A DNA stretch of 63,352 bases, counting the filler, from Dimargaris cristalligena (Eukaryota): the NCBI GenBank assembly GCA_003614675.1. It is 22 parts of 22 records of this genome, joined end to end, with 100 filler letters (N's around TTAATTAATTAA, not from the genome) between each part and the next. Parts side by side here need not be neighbours in the genome. Positions count along the whole stretch, not along the records: positions 34,797 to 37,585 come from ML004117.1; positions 37,686 to 40,470 come from ML004118.1; positions 40,571 to 43,350 come from ML004119.1; positions 43,451 to 46,229 come from ML004120.1; positions 46,330 to 49,105 come from ML004121.1; 17 more parts are not named here. One strand, 5' to 3'. Positions 36,454 through 48,546 of this stretch are shown here, one piece after another. Below the pieces are notes generated by a model. The model saw nothing but the letters and a program-made list of their open reading frames with translations, did not search any database and had not been told where the DNA came from. Position 1 is the first letter of the stretch. Every line of letters begins with the position of its first letter. A program made the position numbers and the translations under genes.

Positions 36454-37585
36454 TTAGGCGGACCACTGGTTTTGCGTTAGGGCTGCGGGGGGTCGCAAGA
36501 TAAAGACTGGGTGGCAGGCATACCGGTGAACGGCAGGTGGGGGTTGTCCATTTAGAGTACAGCATAGATTATATTACACATTAGTGGGCCAGTTAAACAA
36601 AGTAGCTAGTAGTGGGGCCTGGTAGAATCCGCCAATCCCCCACGCATCGGCTGGGGTCAGGCCGAGCGGGCAGCCGTTCATTAGGAGACTGATCATCCGG
36701 CAGTGAAATTCGGGCTTACCTTCGCATAAATCCTTGAGACAGTGGCCGCATTCCCCCGCCGGTTTTTGGCAACCACAGGCGCAGGCGGGGGCGCCGTCCC
36801 GGTCAATGTACACGGTGCGGCTGGAGTGAGGCACCGCCGGCTGGTCCGTGGCCCGTGCCTCTCCCTGGGGCTCGGTGGGCGAGGGGCTACCGGTGCCAGT
36901 CGGGGGACGGCTGCAGCAACCGCCCGCGCCGGTACTGGGGCACTGGCAGGTGGTGGGTGAGCAGCGGCAGGGCCCGCAATTAGCAGGGGGTGGGTCTATA
37001 TCAGTACGGCCACTGCTGCAACAGGACGCGGGGGCCGGAGCCTTTCCAGTACAGCAGGAGGATCGAGGCTGTGGTGGCGAATTAGTGGGGATGGCGGCCA
37101 CGGCGATGGGTGAGCTGGAAAGGGCGGACGAGGATGCCGGAGAAGCTGACGAACCGGACCCCGCGGTGGGAAGCGAAATCGGACCCCCGTCGGCGGGGTA
37201 GCCGTACTTCAGAATAAGGACCCGCTTAAGATCCTCGGCTACTGGGTACATGGATATAAGATGGGTGAGTTGTTTGGAACAGTCGCAGCCGCAGCCACAG
37301 GTTCCCCCGGCGGTGAACTGACAGGGTTCTCCCGAGAGACGCCGGGTATGGCAGACGATATCGGCCAGGGAAGGGACACCAGCGGGGGTGGGTGAGCTGG
37401 AGGTCAGAGTGGGCAGCGGGAGCGGAGCGGGGGTGCCCGCCGGGGAGAAGTCAAAGGCCGGCGGGGAGGAAGACGCGGTCGCGAGGCGGGACGAGCAGCA
37501 GGCGGGGAGCGGGTGCGGGGCGGCCACGGGTGGGCTCGCTGGGTGCGGGCGGGGCAGCGCGCTTGGGGGGTAGTACGGCGTCGTG
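36454..37585 (-). CDS. 5'-partial Cys-cluster protein (CGCGCDC, CC, CxCxxxCxC), resembling the C-terminal part of a copper-responsive transcription factor; intron 36507-36719
   Basis: GC-rich open frame with multiple metallothionein-like Cys clusters. A GTAAGC donor follows DLCE and a CAG acceptor gives an in-phase 53-nt last exon. The functional label is inference. Confidence 0.55.
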
Positions 37586-37685
37586 NNNNNNNNNNNNNNN
37601 NNNNNNNNNNNNNNNNNNNNNNNNNNNNNTTAATTAATTAANNNNNNNNNNNNNNNNNNNNNNNNNNNNNNNNNNNNNNNNNNNN

Positions 37686-39806
37686 CGGCTGCTGCGGCTG
37701 CCCCACCGGGCCGGTCCCGAGGGGCCAGACACTCCGCTTCGCCGCATTCTCGCCACCATTGTGACCCGGGGCGCGCTGCATGTTCCTGACTGTATAGGCC
37801 AGGCTGTGTTCCGGGACTACTGGGCCTTTCGCTTGGGGCAAGTCACGGCTTCCCCCCAGGAATTATTTAGTTACCCGGACTACGCCTCGGACCCTTTATG
37901 GCTCTATATCCCGCTGAATACCGCCTATTTAACGGATTTGAGTTGTTTTCTCATGAACGACATTATCCAATCCATAACCGGTAACCCGGAAATTGTCCCC
38001 GAAACGATTCTGGAACAATATTACACCACGGCCAGTCCCGATATCGCCTACGCCCGGCGGCTCGAAGGGACGCTAAGCGCGTCGGCCATTGTTAACGACT
38101 TGCGCTTTCGTGTGGAGATCAAGGCCCGGGTCAAAACCCTTTTAAGAATCCTCCATAGGTACTTCAAACGGATCACGGATCAGGTACAGGTACAGTCCAT
38201 CCCCTATATGTTCCGCTGGGCTGTCAAAACCGTTATGGAGCAGGTTGCGGCAGCAACAAAGGCAACCGCCACCCCCACCAGTGACCAATCGGCACTAGTG
38301 TTGGAGTGCACACGCCACTATTTTTTCGGCCCCCAGCTTTTGCGCCGTGAGTGTCTTCAAGGCGATCTGGAGCGCAATTCCACCCGGCCCACGGATCATT
38401 TACGGGCCTATGAACTGGTGCGGGAGCTCTTGGTTACGCTTCTGAGTGGGAAGGGTCCACTAATGGAATGCTATAGCGACTTGTTAAATCATTTTTGGGA
38501 TGACCATCGGCACCAGCTCGACCAGTTCCTGCATGATTTGGCCCAAGTGGCCGACAATGTGTTGACCATTGACGATATTCCCGAAGAAACCAGCCACCAG
38601 TATTACGGCAAGCTGGCCTTATCCGGCAGGGAAATACAATCTATCCTACGCTTGGTTCGCCCCCACATTGACAGCCTATGTCCAGACCACTCGGACGCCA
38701 CGCTGCGGGATGCCGTGGAACGGCTGGATCAGTCCGCCCTGGAATCGGCCAAAATGGACATGGTTGTGGTTTCCTTCTCCTGGACTAACCACTTGCTGCA
38801 AATTGCGGATGTACCCCCCTCCGCAATACCAGGGACGCCGCTAGTTGGCCAACCCCGGCGTCCCTCGATGCGGGCCCCACTAATGTACCGCTCGGTGTTT
38901 CGCCCATTAGCCAACTTAATTATCCAGGCCGGAAGCATTCCCTGGCCGGTGGTAAACTTCTCCTTTGCTCGAACTGACTACCTCGACCCCGAATTTGTCT
39001 TGACCCAACTACTAAAGCTGGATTTAAATTCTTTACTCCGGATTGCCAGTCACCCCCAAGACCCTCAGGTGGTTTCGGCCATTGATCGGGCCCAGACAGC
39101 CCTCGTTAATTGGCGTACTACTCTGGTAAACGAACCAACGACCAACCAACAGATGCTGCAGTTCTTAGGACGCGAAATTAACCACCAAAAACGGGCCGCG
39201 TGGCTGAAACTCTACGAACCGTCGCTCATCAAACTCAACCACGGTCAGTTCAAGCAGGCCCGAACCGCTTTAGTCCATGACATTGAAACATACGACCGAT
39301 TGATCTACCAAAAGGTTAGTCAATCTACCCAGTGGAAGCGGCCCCTCATGTTTGGGGCGGTATCCAAACTGCAGGCGCTACGTCTCGCGTGCCGAAGGGT
39401 AACGACCCGCTCCAGCGGGAATCAAAGGGGAGCGAACTCCTCGACTGAAAGGGAAGACACCTCCGATGACCCACTACCTCTCGAGATTCCCTTATCAACC
39501 GCCCTTTTCAAGTTCAAGATGCGGGATTTGGAGAAGCGGCAAGTGGTTCGGTCAACGACGGGCCTTACCACCCAACAACGAAAACATCTCTATTGGACCA
39601 TCTTTTCGCCCCTACCCGATGTATATGTCCTTCGGTTGACGTGTATTAACCATTTCATTGAACCCTACGAGCTACCCATATTTTTGGATGAATTCGGGAG
39701 GACCGCCCAGCACATTCTGCCGCTGTCATCGGCGGGGGCCTCGGTATGTCTTGATTCCCAAAAGACCATCAGTTTGATACTAACGGATTGCCGCGACGAC
39801 GACTAG
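37686..39806 (+). CDS. 5'-partial divergent RasGAP/IQGAP-like protein
   Basis: Open frame of about 700 codons. SIPYMFRWAVK and YFFGPQLL resemble the GAP core, and FKFKMRDLEKRQVV resembles the RasGAP C-terminal region. The family call is from motif resemblance only. Confidence 0.6.
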   Translation, partial: RLLRLPHRAGPEGPDTPLRRILATIVTRGALHVPDCIGQAVFRDYWAFRLGQVTASPQELFSYPDYASDPLWLYIPLNTAYLTDLSCFLMNDIIQSITGNPEIVPETILEQYYTTASPDIAYARRLEGTLSASAIVNDLRFRVEIKARVKTLLRILHRYFKRITDQVQVQSIPYMFRWAVKTVMEQVAAATKATATPTSDQSALVLECTRHYFFGPQLLRRECLQGDLERNSTRPTDHLRAYELVRELLVTLLSGKGPLMECYSDLLNHFWDDHRHQLDQFLHDLAQVADNVLTIDDIPEETSHQYYGKLALSGREIQSILRLVRPHIDSLCPDHSDATLRDAVERLDQSALESAKMDMVVVSFSWTNHLLQIADVPPSAIPGTPLVGQPRRPSMRAPLMYRSVFRPLANLIIQAGSIPWPVVNFSFARTDYLDPEFVLTQLLKLDLNSLLRIASHPQDPQVVSAIDRAQTALVNWRTTLVNEPTTNQQMLQFLGREINHQKRAAWLKLYEPSLIKLNHGQFKQARTALVHDIETYDRLIYQKVSQSTQWKRPLMFGAVSKLQALRLACRRVTTRSSGNQRGANSSTEREDTSDDPLPLEIPLSTALFKFKMRDLEKRQVVRSTTGLTTQQRKHLYWTIFSPLPDVYVLRLTCINHFIEPYELPIFLDEFGRTAQHILPLSSAGASVCLDSQKTISLILTDCRDDD

Positions 39807-42800
39807 TTGCTATCGTTCACTCTGCTCTTGATTCACTATATGATTAAATATAAATCCTCAGCTACATTGCATTTGGTATTTCGTTATCCCGCGGGTATGA
39901 AGGCACTGATCATCTATATCTAAATTTCTTAAATGTACAGCCATGGCTAGCTAAAATGAGACAAAAAATGAATATGATGGGGGGCCACATTTTGAGTCCC
40001 GATTTTTTATAATCATGTTTCTTTCTATTCAAATAGCTTATACCATAATTACTTAATTCACGTCTCCTCTTTATTATGATATATACATATTTATCCCCCA
40101 AGAAGCAATATATTCTTCACGCTATATTTAAAGAGGGTGTAGAAATCTTAATGATTATGCACATTTTCAGTGTCTCATGAGCTACGGTTTAGTGGGTGAT
40201 AAAAATAAGTGATGATGGCAGTTCAAAGGCTCCTAAGTAATGTGGGGGCTCTAATAAGATTTTCAACAATTATGATAAATGCAGACTAGTTAGATATACA
40301 GTAGCCCAGCCATCTAATACTAACTAGGGTGTTATGGTCATTGTCTTCCCTGGCCAGAGTATATCATGACAAATAGTTCAAAAGGCATTAAAGGTATCTA
40401 ATCAATATTCCTGGATAGTGTTGTGGTCACAATTAATACCACAAGGTAATATAGCCTGATAACTTTATCANNNNNNNNNNNNNNNNNNNNNNNNNNNNNN
40501 NNNNNNNNNNNNNNTTAATTAATTAANNNNNNNNNNNNNNNNNNNNNNNNNNNNNNNNNNNNNNNNNNNNTCCCCCGCTCCTTTCCCCTTTTAACATCAT
40601 CATTATTATTATCAGTATCAATATCTCATTTATCCCGCCTCTCTGATGATAAATATGTGTCATTTCAGCATCAACATGTAGTTTTCCTTCCACGTCGATA
40701 TTTGAATCATCTCACTCTTTTTGTTTTGTTCGCTTTCACCCTTTAATAAAAAACCAACTTGGATTAACTTATGTGTGTAGTTAAGGTCCTGGTGATTAAC
40801 GCCCAGTCCAACAGTCATGTATGGTATTAACAATCTGCATCCGAAACTCATCCAATAGGCATTGGAGGATCCCTCCCTTCTAATTTTAAAGAGATACTTT
40901 GTTTTTCGGCCGGATCTACTATACACCGCCTCTAGAATGCTTGATGGGCGGCGATGGACAGAGGCTCTTTGCGGAAGCGTTGGGTTATATCCATGTCCAC
41001 ATGATGTGACACTGGGCAAGGTATTGTCGCTGTTTTTGCTGCTGTTGGTGTTGGAGGGAGTGGGGGAGCCACACCAGAGCGGGGAACGGCTTCTGGCGAA
41101 GTGTATTCGGGCTTTTTAGTCGGTACCACTGGATGGGCCCTACGGGCAGTTTGGATTCGCTTACCACCCCCACATGGAAATGATGGGCCTTGATGGATGC
41201 CCAGTCTCGGAGTCCCCAGTTTTTTAGTAATCGTGTTCTTCCTGGGGAGTCCAATTTAAACACAATTCTTGGGGCCCGAGGTACGGTTTGGTTACCACTC
41301 GACACATTGTACAAGGTTACGGGTAGCTATTGCTGGGCCGGGAACAATGCGCGGGGGTAGAGAGGGGCATAGTGGTTATTATCATATGGGTCCGACCAGT
41401 GTGGAGGGACAGTTTGAGTTAAGCCCGTATCTGATGGCTGGATTATAGAGCCCGGAAACGGAGTTTGTTAGTTGGGGCTGGCCTGGAACAAGGGGGGGGG
41501 GGGGGGCGACCGGGATACCTGTCTACCTATATAAATACGCCATTTGCCTGGATCTAGGACCATAAATCACAACAGATGTTTGGGTCCATACCTGAAAGTC
41601 TCTATAACGCAGCTCCTAGAGAAGGTGTCAATGGTTGGTGTTGTACCCACTAACTAACCTTAATCCAGCCTAGTTAGCTGTGACTATATTGGGCATTACT
41701 GTGCCATATTACCTTTTTCATAGCCACACTCAGCATCATGGAATTATCATTTGATAGAGCCTTACTGGGGCCTATTAGTGCCTTAGCTTATTCTTACACT
41801 ATGTTTATCTAATAACCCTTACATTTACCCACCCACCAGTTAGTGACTAACAAGTATATATTTTAGACCAGGTCTTATTAGAATAGGTATAGCCTTGGAT
41901 TAACAAATGTATATGAGGGGTGATGTCTGATAGTTGTGGTCTGGAGGATAAACTGGGTGATACTCAAGGTAGCAGATATTACTATAGGAAGTTAATATAG
42001 TAAAATGAGGCCTAATAGTGAGGCAGTCATACAGAAAGGCTTCATTCTGATTAAATTGTATTAGCTGGTTCAATACAAATCGTAGTATTATTCATAAACA
42101 AAAATCCGATCACTGCTTTTAAAGAATGTCCCTATAATGCTAAGGTAAAAAAGGCCACAGGATCCACAATAGTCTGCTACATGATGTTCCTAGGTCACTA
42201 TCAGCCCAACTACTAAACCAACTGCTCTATCCACATATAAGTTACAGTAATGTGTAGTATAGAATTAGTGCAGTTAAGCACACATCAGCCAATTTAGTGC
42301 CATGCGGATGGCTATGAGCACCTTATCAGTGTTATATACTTACCATACCATTTAAATACCTGTATGGCCATTTTATTCACTAGTACTTCAATTAAACGTG
42401 TACTTCTATTATGAGTGACATGCTACCCTCCAATAATTTTAAAGGCGTGTGGCTGTTCTCTCTTTTGATGCCTTGGCCCACAATACTCTGGAATATCTAT
42501 TTTTAAAGTGCTGGCCCCTATTCAGCCATATGTACAACTGGTCTAGTCTTATTGCTATAGACCATCCGCCACGTACAAGTCCATCTACACCGCATTATGG
42601 GCAACCCATTTAACAATTTCGAATTGGGTGAGATGAAGTGGTTCCTCCCCAATATTAAACCACGTGTCTGCTTCGACTATCCCGTATACCGGAACCCTCA
42701 AAACAGGCCATATCCTGTCGATTTGGGTTTGTATGTATGACTGAGTTTTTATTGGCCCTGTGTAGGGTCTAAATGCCACTAAACGTAGGTGAGAAATGAT

Positions 42801-42889
42801 GAACTAGAGTAGCGGGAGGCATCAACAAATTATCTATAGACGGACGGTGGAGTGGGATTGGGCGAAGTGTAAGAGTCTGTTAGGCCTAA

Positions 42890-43156
42890 CTAAACCAGTT
42901 GTTCGGCAGTAGTGCCAGTGGGTGGGGCTCCAGTAGCATCCATACCACTGTCACCAACGGTACTTTGGCTTTGATGGCCCTTATGCCCGCTTTTCTTATG
43001 ACTACCCTTCTTATGACTATGCTTTCTGCCACGACGGAAGAGGGATTGGGGCTGAGTATGGAAATCACTGTGGCGCACTAGGGAAGCGCTCTGGGGCAGA
43101 ACGGAAGTACTGGACTGGGAGGTGGAACTGGCTAGAGCCATGGTGCCGATAACCAT
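42890..43156 (-). CDS. Possible small secreted precursor with a His/Lys-rich segment after RR
   Basis: MVIGTMALA...LFRR-GRKHSHKKGSHKKSGHKGH. The N-terminal hydrophobic stretch is too short for a full signal peptide. Confidence 0.35.
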   Translation of the reverse strand: MVIGTMALASSTSQSSTSVLPQSASLVRHSDFHTQPQSLFRRGRKHSHKKGSHKKSGHKGHQSQSTVGDSGMDATGAPPTGTTAEQLV

Positions 43157-43983
43157 GGAGGTGTTGGGCCGGTGGTTTGAGGAACCTCTCTCCCGGGACT
43201 AGGGCTGGGGCTGAGCCCCGCGCTATGCTCGGGATTGGATGGGTCACCGGACGTCGGGTTTGGAGGGCTCGAGGAACCTAGGTGGAACATACCGAATTCG
43301 GGCAGCGGTCCTTCGGCGATATGGATGGGATCGGAACTGTGCTCGGAGGCNNNNNNNNNNNNNNNNNNNNNNNNNNNNNNNNNNNNNNNNNNNNTTAATT
43401 AATTAANNNNNNNNNNNNNNNNNNNNNNNNNNNNNNNNNNNNNNNNNNNNATTGATAGAGTATGATTAAAGGAGCTGTGCTTTACGTTGATAAATGAGTT
43501 CTAATTAGTAAAGGAATCAGGTAATTAAATATCCTTCCAGTTACCTGCACTCTGCAGCACCACATATGTAATATAGCGCATTATAGTGCCTGTGGAACTG
43601 CTACTACAATCCGCAGTGCTATATAAGGATTACTGCTTCGACTGCGAAAAATATTAGTGGGATTCAACCATTGGCACAAGATATAGAACGTGGCCCATAT
43701 ACGGCTGTTAGTTTTGATCTGGGCAAATGGTACTGTCACTGCATAGTCAAGTATCCTATTCCAGGCGGGGGTTTTCCATCGAGCATCAATGTTCTCCTCC
43801 ACTCTTCATTTTACATTCCACCCAAATAGGTATATACGGCCGTCTCGCGCTTTAACCATATCAGCATATAATAGGGACACCCAAAGGTAACTGTTTTTAT
43901 TAAGGAGTGGGAAATATATAATTACATTGGTCCTTGGAAGGGCTTATTAAATATATAAACATGACAAATATATACGACCAGTC

Positions 43984-46227
43984 TCACCAACCGGGCGAAT
44001 CCAAAAGTTCGTGTAGCACATCATTCTCCCCGACAACAGACTTGACTAAGATTACTATATTTTCCAGTTCTTCGATCACTTCTTCCATAGCTGCGGAGTG
44101 GGCATACCAGTAAAACGTGCTTAACATGTACTTGCGCGGGGGGCGCTGTGACCCACCCGGCGGCTTTCCCAATGCTGGAGGCGCTTCCTTCGGGGGTGGG
44201 GGATAATGCTGGGATGGCTCAGGGCCACCACCGAGTGGCCCATGGGAAGCATGCGTCGAAGCCTCAAAAGATTGCTCCTCTCCCCCTCCGTCATCACCCG
44301 GGTAGTGGTGGGTGATGGCCTTCTGGTTAAATGTGCGCAAGATTTGCCGAGGGGGCATGGAAAGCCATTCATCTTCGTCCTCACTTATGTCTCCATCATC
44401 GGAACTAGCAAGAGGGGAGCGTGGCTTTCCTGCTCCACCCACCTGGTCGGGGGGCACTGAATGGGAGTGTTGGGTCGGTTCGTATTGGATATACTCGCGA
44501 TGCGGATTATGGTGAATCTCCAGGTGTTGAATATCACTGGAAGCCAGTGTAGAACGCCTGTGTCGGTAGCGGGCCTGGGAAGGGGGGACTTGATCAAGTG
44601 GTTCGGTCGTTAAATTGGGATATCTACCGGCTCGTTTCTCTTGGTCCAGCTGGGGGGCAGGATCTACCTGGTTACCAGGCACGACCTGTTCAGAGAGGGA
44701 CGCGGAACCGGGTTCCCCTTTCTGCTGGCCATTAGGTTCCAGGTCGCTGTCCTCACTGGTACTGTCGCTATCATCACTCGGAAACTCATACGTCGAGCTT
44801 TTATCCAAGAAAGGTCGGGCATGGGCCAAGTGGCTCTTAATTTGTTGAATCAACCGGGTCCGGGCGGCTCGACCGCTGGGTAGATAAGGGGGAAGGGGGG
44901 TTTTGGATCGTAGCGCCCCCGCAAGGGCGTAGAAATTGATCAATATGGCGGCAGCCATATCCCGCCGGCCGTGCTGATTGAAGGGCGTGATGACAGTGTT
45001 ATGAACCTGGGGGGATATATAGGCCGCCGTGATGGACATGGAAATAAACCGATCCATAATATTTTGGAACCGGTCTAGTATTTCGGCGTACACGGCTTTA
45101 GGAAAGGGTCCCTGGAGCCGGGGTTCCAACGCAGATTCCTGCAACATAGCTTGGCTGCGGCCGAGCAGGTCCTGCATCTTGCGGGATGCCTTAACAATAC
45201 TGGCATTCAGCCGCCTATGCGGCCGGAGGACCGCCCGAGGCGGAGGGAAATCGGTATATGGATAGTCTATATCCAATGTGGCTATCCGCTCTCCAGGGGT
45301 AAGACTGGTGGGTGTGGTACGTCGACTCGGGCCATGACCTCCCAAATGCTCGTTAGAGTGCATGTTGGAGATTGCACCAAATCGACCTGGGGGATGAGTC
45401 CGCAGGCCGTCAACTGATAAAGACTGGGATTGACGGGAAGCGATGGACCGGGAAGTGTTGGTCGGCAATAAAGATGCTACATGTGGGAGAGTCAAAATAC
45501 GGCTTAGCCGACTCGCGGCTTTGGTGTGCGGATCACTGTTTCTGCTTAAGCGCTGTATCAATCCACCGGGGGTTAGGGTGACCCCTCCACTGCTATTATG
45601 GGCCGTATTCCCGCCGACGTCGTTAATATCGATTCTGCTTGCACCTAATAGTGAGTAGGGGACGGGTCCCACTTGCTGGCCCACCTTCTCGGTCCACTTG
45701 GGAGGTAGCGAGAGAGCGCTACTGGACCTCCGCGAGGTGCCACCTAACATGCTTAATTCCTGTTGGGCCTCTTGCCAGCGCACGTGCTCCAAGTATAGTT
45801 TGAAGAAGTGGTTTTGTGGATTAAGCAACGGATGGATGACTAGCTGGGCCACTAAGCGGGAGAAAATATTACCGAGAGTATCCAGGCCCAGAGCGGTAAA
45901 ATGGCGTAGTTCGACCCGGGCAATACGGGGCCACAACCAGGCGTTAATAACGAGTGCCACTAAGATGCCCGCGAGTGTGTTCCACAGGCGCTTGTACGCC
46001 AGGGTCAATATAGTATCACCCCCGTGGTTTCTTGTATATAGTGCATATACTGTGACAGTAAAAACATTGGCTGACAAATGCCCGACACTTTTGTGGGGCG
46101 TGAAAATGGCCACATAGAAGGCGGGGATGGAAAATACGAGCGTTACAATGAAAAGGCCGTACCTGTTGCCTGTGGTCATGTACCAACCCACTACTGAAGC
46201 GATGACGGCAAGGCTGGTGCCGATAAT
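43984..46227 (-). CDS. 5'-partial FUSC/aromatic-acid-exporter (Bre4-like) membrane protein
   Basis: Transmembrane block ending AYKRLWNTLAGILVALVINAWLWPRIARVELR, then EPRLQGPFP and FYALAGALRSKTPLPPYLPSGRAAR, as in fungal ArAE/FUSC proteins. Confidence 0.85.
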   Translation of the reverse strand: MIGTSLAVIASVVGWYMTTGNRYGLFIVTLVFSIPAFYVAIFTPHKSVGHLSANVFTVTVYALYTRNHGGDTILTLAYKRLWNTLAGILVALVINAWLWPRIARVELRHFTALGLDTLGNIFSRLVAQLVIHPLLNPQNHFFKLYLEHVRWQEAQQELSMLGGTSRRSSSALSLPPKWTEKVGQQVGPVPYSLLGASRIDINDVGGNTAHNSSGGVTLTPGGLIQRLSRNSDPHTKAASRLSRILTLPHVASLLPTNTSRSIASRQSQSLSVDGLRTHPPGRFGAISNMHSNEHLGGHGPSRRTTPTSLTPGERIATLDIDYPYTDFPPPRAVLRPHRRLNASIVKASRKMQDLLGRSQAMLQESALEPRLQGPFPKAVYAEILDRFQNIMDRFISMSITAAYISPQVHNTVITPFNQHGRRDMAAAILINFYALAGALRSKTPLPPYLPSGRAARTRLIQQIKSHLAHARPFLDKSSTYEFPSDDSDSTSEDSDLEPNGQQKGEPGSASLSEQVVPGNQVDPAPQLDQEKRAGRYPNLTTEPLDQVPPSQARYRHRRSTLASSDIQHLEIHHNPHREYIQYEPTQHSHSVPPDQVGGAGKPRSPLASSDDGDISEDEDEWLSMPPRQILRTFNQKAITHHYPGDDGGGEEQSFEASTHASHGPLGGGPEPSQHYPPPPKEAPPALGKPPGGSQRPPRKYMLSTFYWYAHSAAMEEVIEELENIVILVKSVVGENDVLHELLDSPGW

Positions 46228-46329
46228 TCNNNNNNNNNNNNNNNNNNNNNNNNNNNNNNNNNNNNNNNNNNNNTTAATTAATTAANNNNNNNNNNNNNNN
46301 NNNNNNNNNNNNNNNNNNNNNNNNNNNNN

Positions 46330-46432
46330 CTGCCACCTCTTGGAACAGCAAGTCTATCATCACCTTTCCCTTCTTATCATCTATTTTTTAAATAAAATTC
46401 AGTTTTCAAGGATTTGATTTCAGTTCTTTACA
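46330..46432 (-). mobile_element. LTR family B, partial copy (another partial copy at 60604-60678, minus strand)
   Basis: The reverse complement matches TGTAAAGAACTGAAATCAAATCCTTGAAAACTGAA... of 63004. Confidence 0.85.
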
Positions 46433-47379
46433 CTTCATCTCACCCTTAGTACTATTTATTGTATTAGGTATTTCCAGTGATCATATTAGTTGAAACTACA
46501 TTTAATAAATACTACTGTGATGAGCTTAATTCTCATCTTACAGTTCTTTCTATTTCATGTCTATTTTAAAATAAACTTTGCCTTTAATTAATCTTGGAAT
46601 ATCATTGAGAGAATCTGCAGTTATCCTAATAATAAGATCTCCTAATATGTCTTTATAGGAAGTAAAGTTAATTCTTACTCTTTTAGACTTAAGTAATATA
46701 AGTAATATAGGGCCAAATAGTGTAGTACTTAATAATTTAGTTACTAGCTATAAGGTTTTGTAGCCTAATTATAAAACTATTTTTAGTCAAATATCTGATA
46801 TCTGATTTATAACTCTCCTTTTCACCCTATTGACCCAACATAGTAATATAATTAAGGTAGAGGCTATAACTAATCATATAAAATAAGGTGGTTCCTATAT
46901 ATACAAGTACCTCTTTAGTTTCATTAGCCTTATAGTCCTTAAATTTGGGATTACCAGCTTGCATAATTAGTTATATAAAATACTGGAATAAACTATGGTA
47001 AATCTGTAACAATTTACTAAAATGCCCAGATATGCTAATGGTATAAATGAGATTAGCAATCAGAAAGGGGGCTATAATCTAAATAGTCATCCCACAAATA
47101 GGTGTTTTAAGAAAGAAAGGCTTATAGACTCCCTGACTATAAGTAAGCTCCAAGGTAGTGACCAGGTAGCAGTGGCTATTTGAGTATATAAGTCAGCCTT
47201 TCTGGACCTGGTTAAAGATATATAAAGAGCCATATTGCTAACTTAGGATAATAAGAAACTCTTAGTCTATTCAAATATAGAGAATGTCAATGAAAATATT
47301 AATTAACAATCTCAATTATTATTAATTAGTGTTGGACCATATAATACACCTTAATCCTCACATATTAGTATCTACCCTT

Positions 47380-47900
47380 ATTAGGCCTTATAGTGCCATA
47401 TCAACCCTCCCAAAGCCACCCCTGGTACTATGGGATCATCCTATATCATATAACCATTCCCCTTCTAGACTCCACCTCTTTGCACTAATTACTCAAGTGC
47501 TGATCTGATGACTCTTCTGGTTACCATCAGAGTCTTCCAGACCCTAATGACCATCTGATTGGCCTATATTACTATATTTTAGTCTTAGTAGTATTCTTCC
47601 CATGGGGCCTCCCTCTGGAGTTGCCCCCACATCTATATACTGGGCCCTATTGGGACCAGTTAGATTCCCCAGCTTATTCTTACTCCTTGTTTACCCTAAT
47701 AAACTCTATATATACTTATTCCCCCATATCTAATAGTAAGTGTGCCTACTACACATCCCTTGCATATCCCTACTACTTAGCCTTTATTAGTTAGTACTAT
47801 GTCCTGTACCTAATACTAGTAGCCTACTTAGCTGAGCCTAAGCCTCATCTACCATTAGAAGCCTATACTTGGGACTCTTAATGGACTAAGAGTAGTGAAC
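47380..47900 (+). mobile_element. Heavily decayed multi-copy retroelement 3' region (Gypsy integrase-like); related pieces near 34090-34520, 41760-41860, 62780-63003 and 31610-31712 (-)
   Basis: A shared block CACTAATTACTCAAG(T)RCTRATCT and its flanks occur in contigs 12, 17 and 22, with a residual YTGPY motif. The region is nearly free of CpG. Confidence 0.65.
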
Positions 47901-48546
47901 CTGGGTAATAATATGAGCTGTTGGGATTGATAATAATTGTTTTTTTCCTTATCTATTGATGACATTTTTTATAAAGTATTTGTGTGGGTGTTTGAACTAA
48001 AATGGCATTATAGAATGTTGTAGTAAAGCTAGGATGCCCCATAATAATGTAAGGTAGTAATGACTTGGACTGTTGAATAATGATAGAGGAGATGTAAATA
48101 GATATGTCAATAATTGATTACATGTTAGACATAACATAAAGTATCACAATTTTTTAGTACTGTGTCTTTGTACCTGGTGCTAGTAACTACATAACCAAAT
48201 CTAAGTTAGTCCTACCAGTGGATGCCTATCCCTGGGATCCTTAATGGACTAAGAGTGGTTAACTCATATGATAAGGACTAAATCAGGCATTTATTGAATT
48301 ATGTAGTTAAAATAAATTGTTTCATAAAGGAGAGGAAATAATTCAATGTCATCAAGATACAAGTATATAAAATCATAGATGTGGGGACCATTATTATCAT
48401 GTGTGTGTGTGTTTCCCTCTATCGTTTATGCTAGGGGCTTACATACAAATGTCAGCCATATTAATTCGAGTAGGCGGGATTTGGTACGGACCCACCTACC
48501 ATGGGGTGCTGTGGTGCGGCAGCCTAGAATGCGTATTTTTCCCCGC

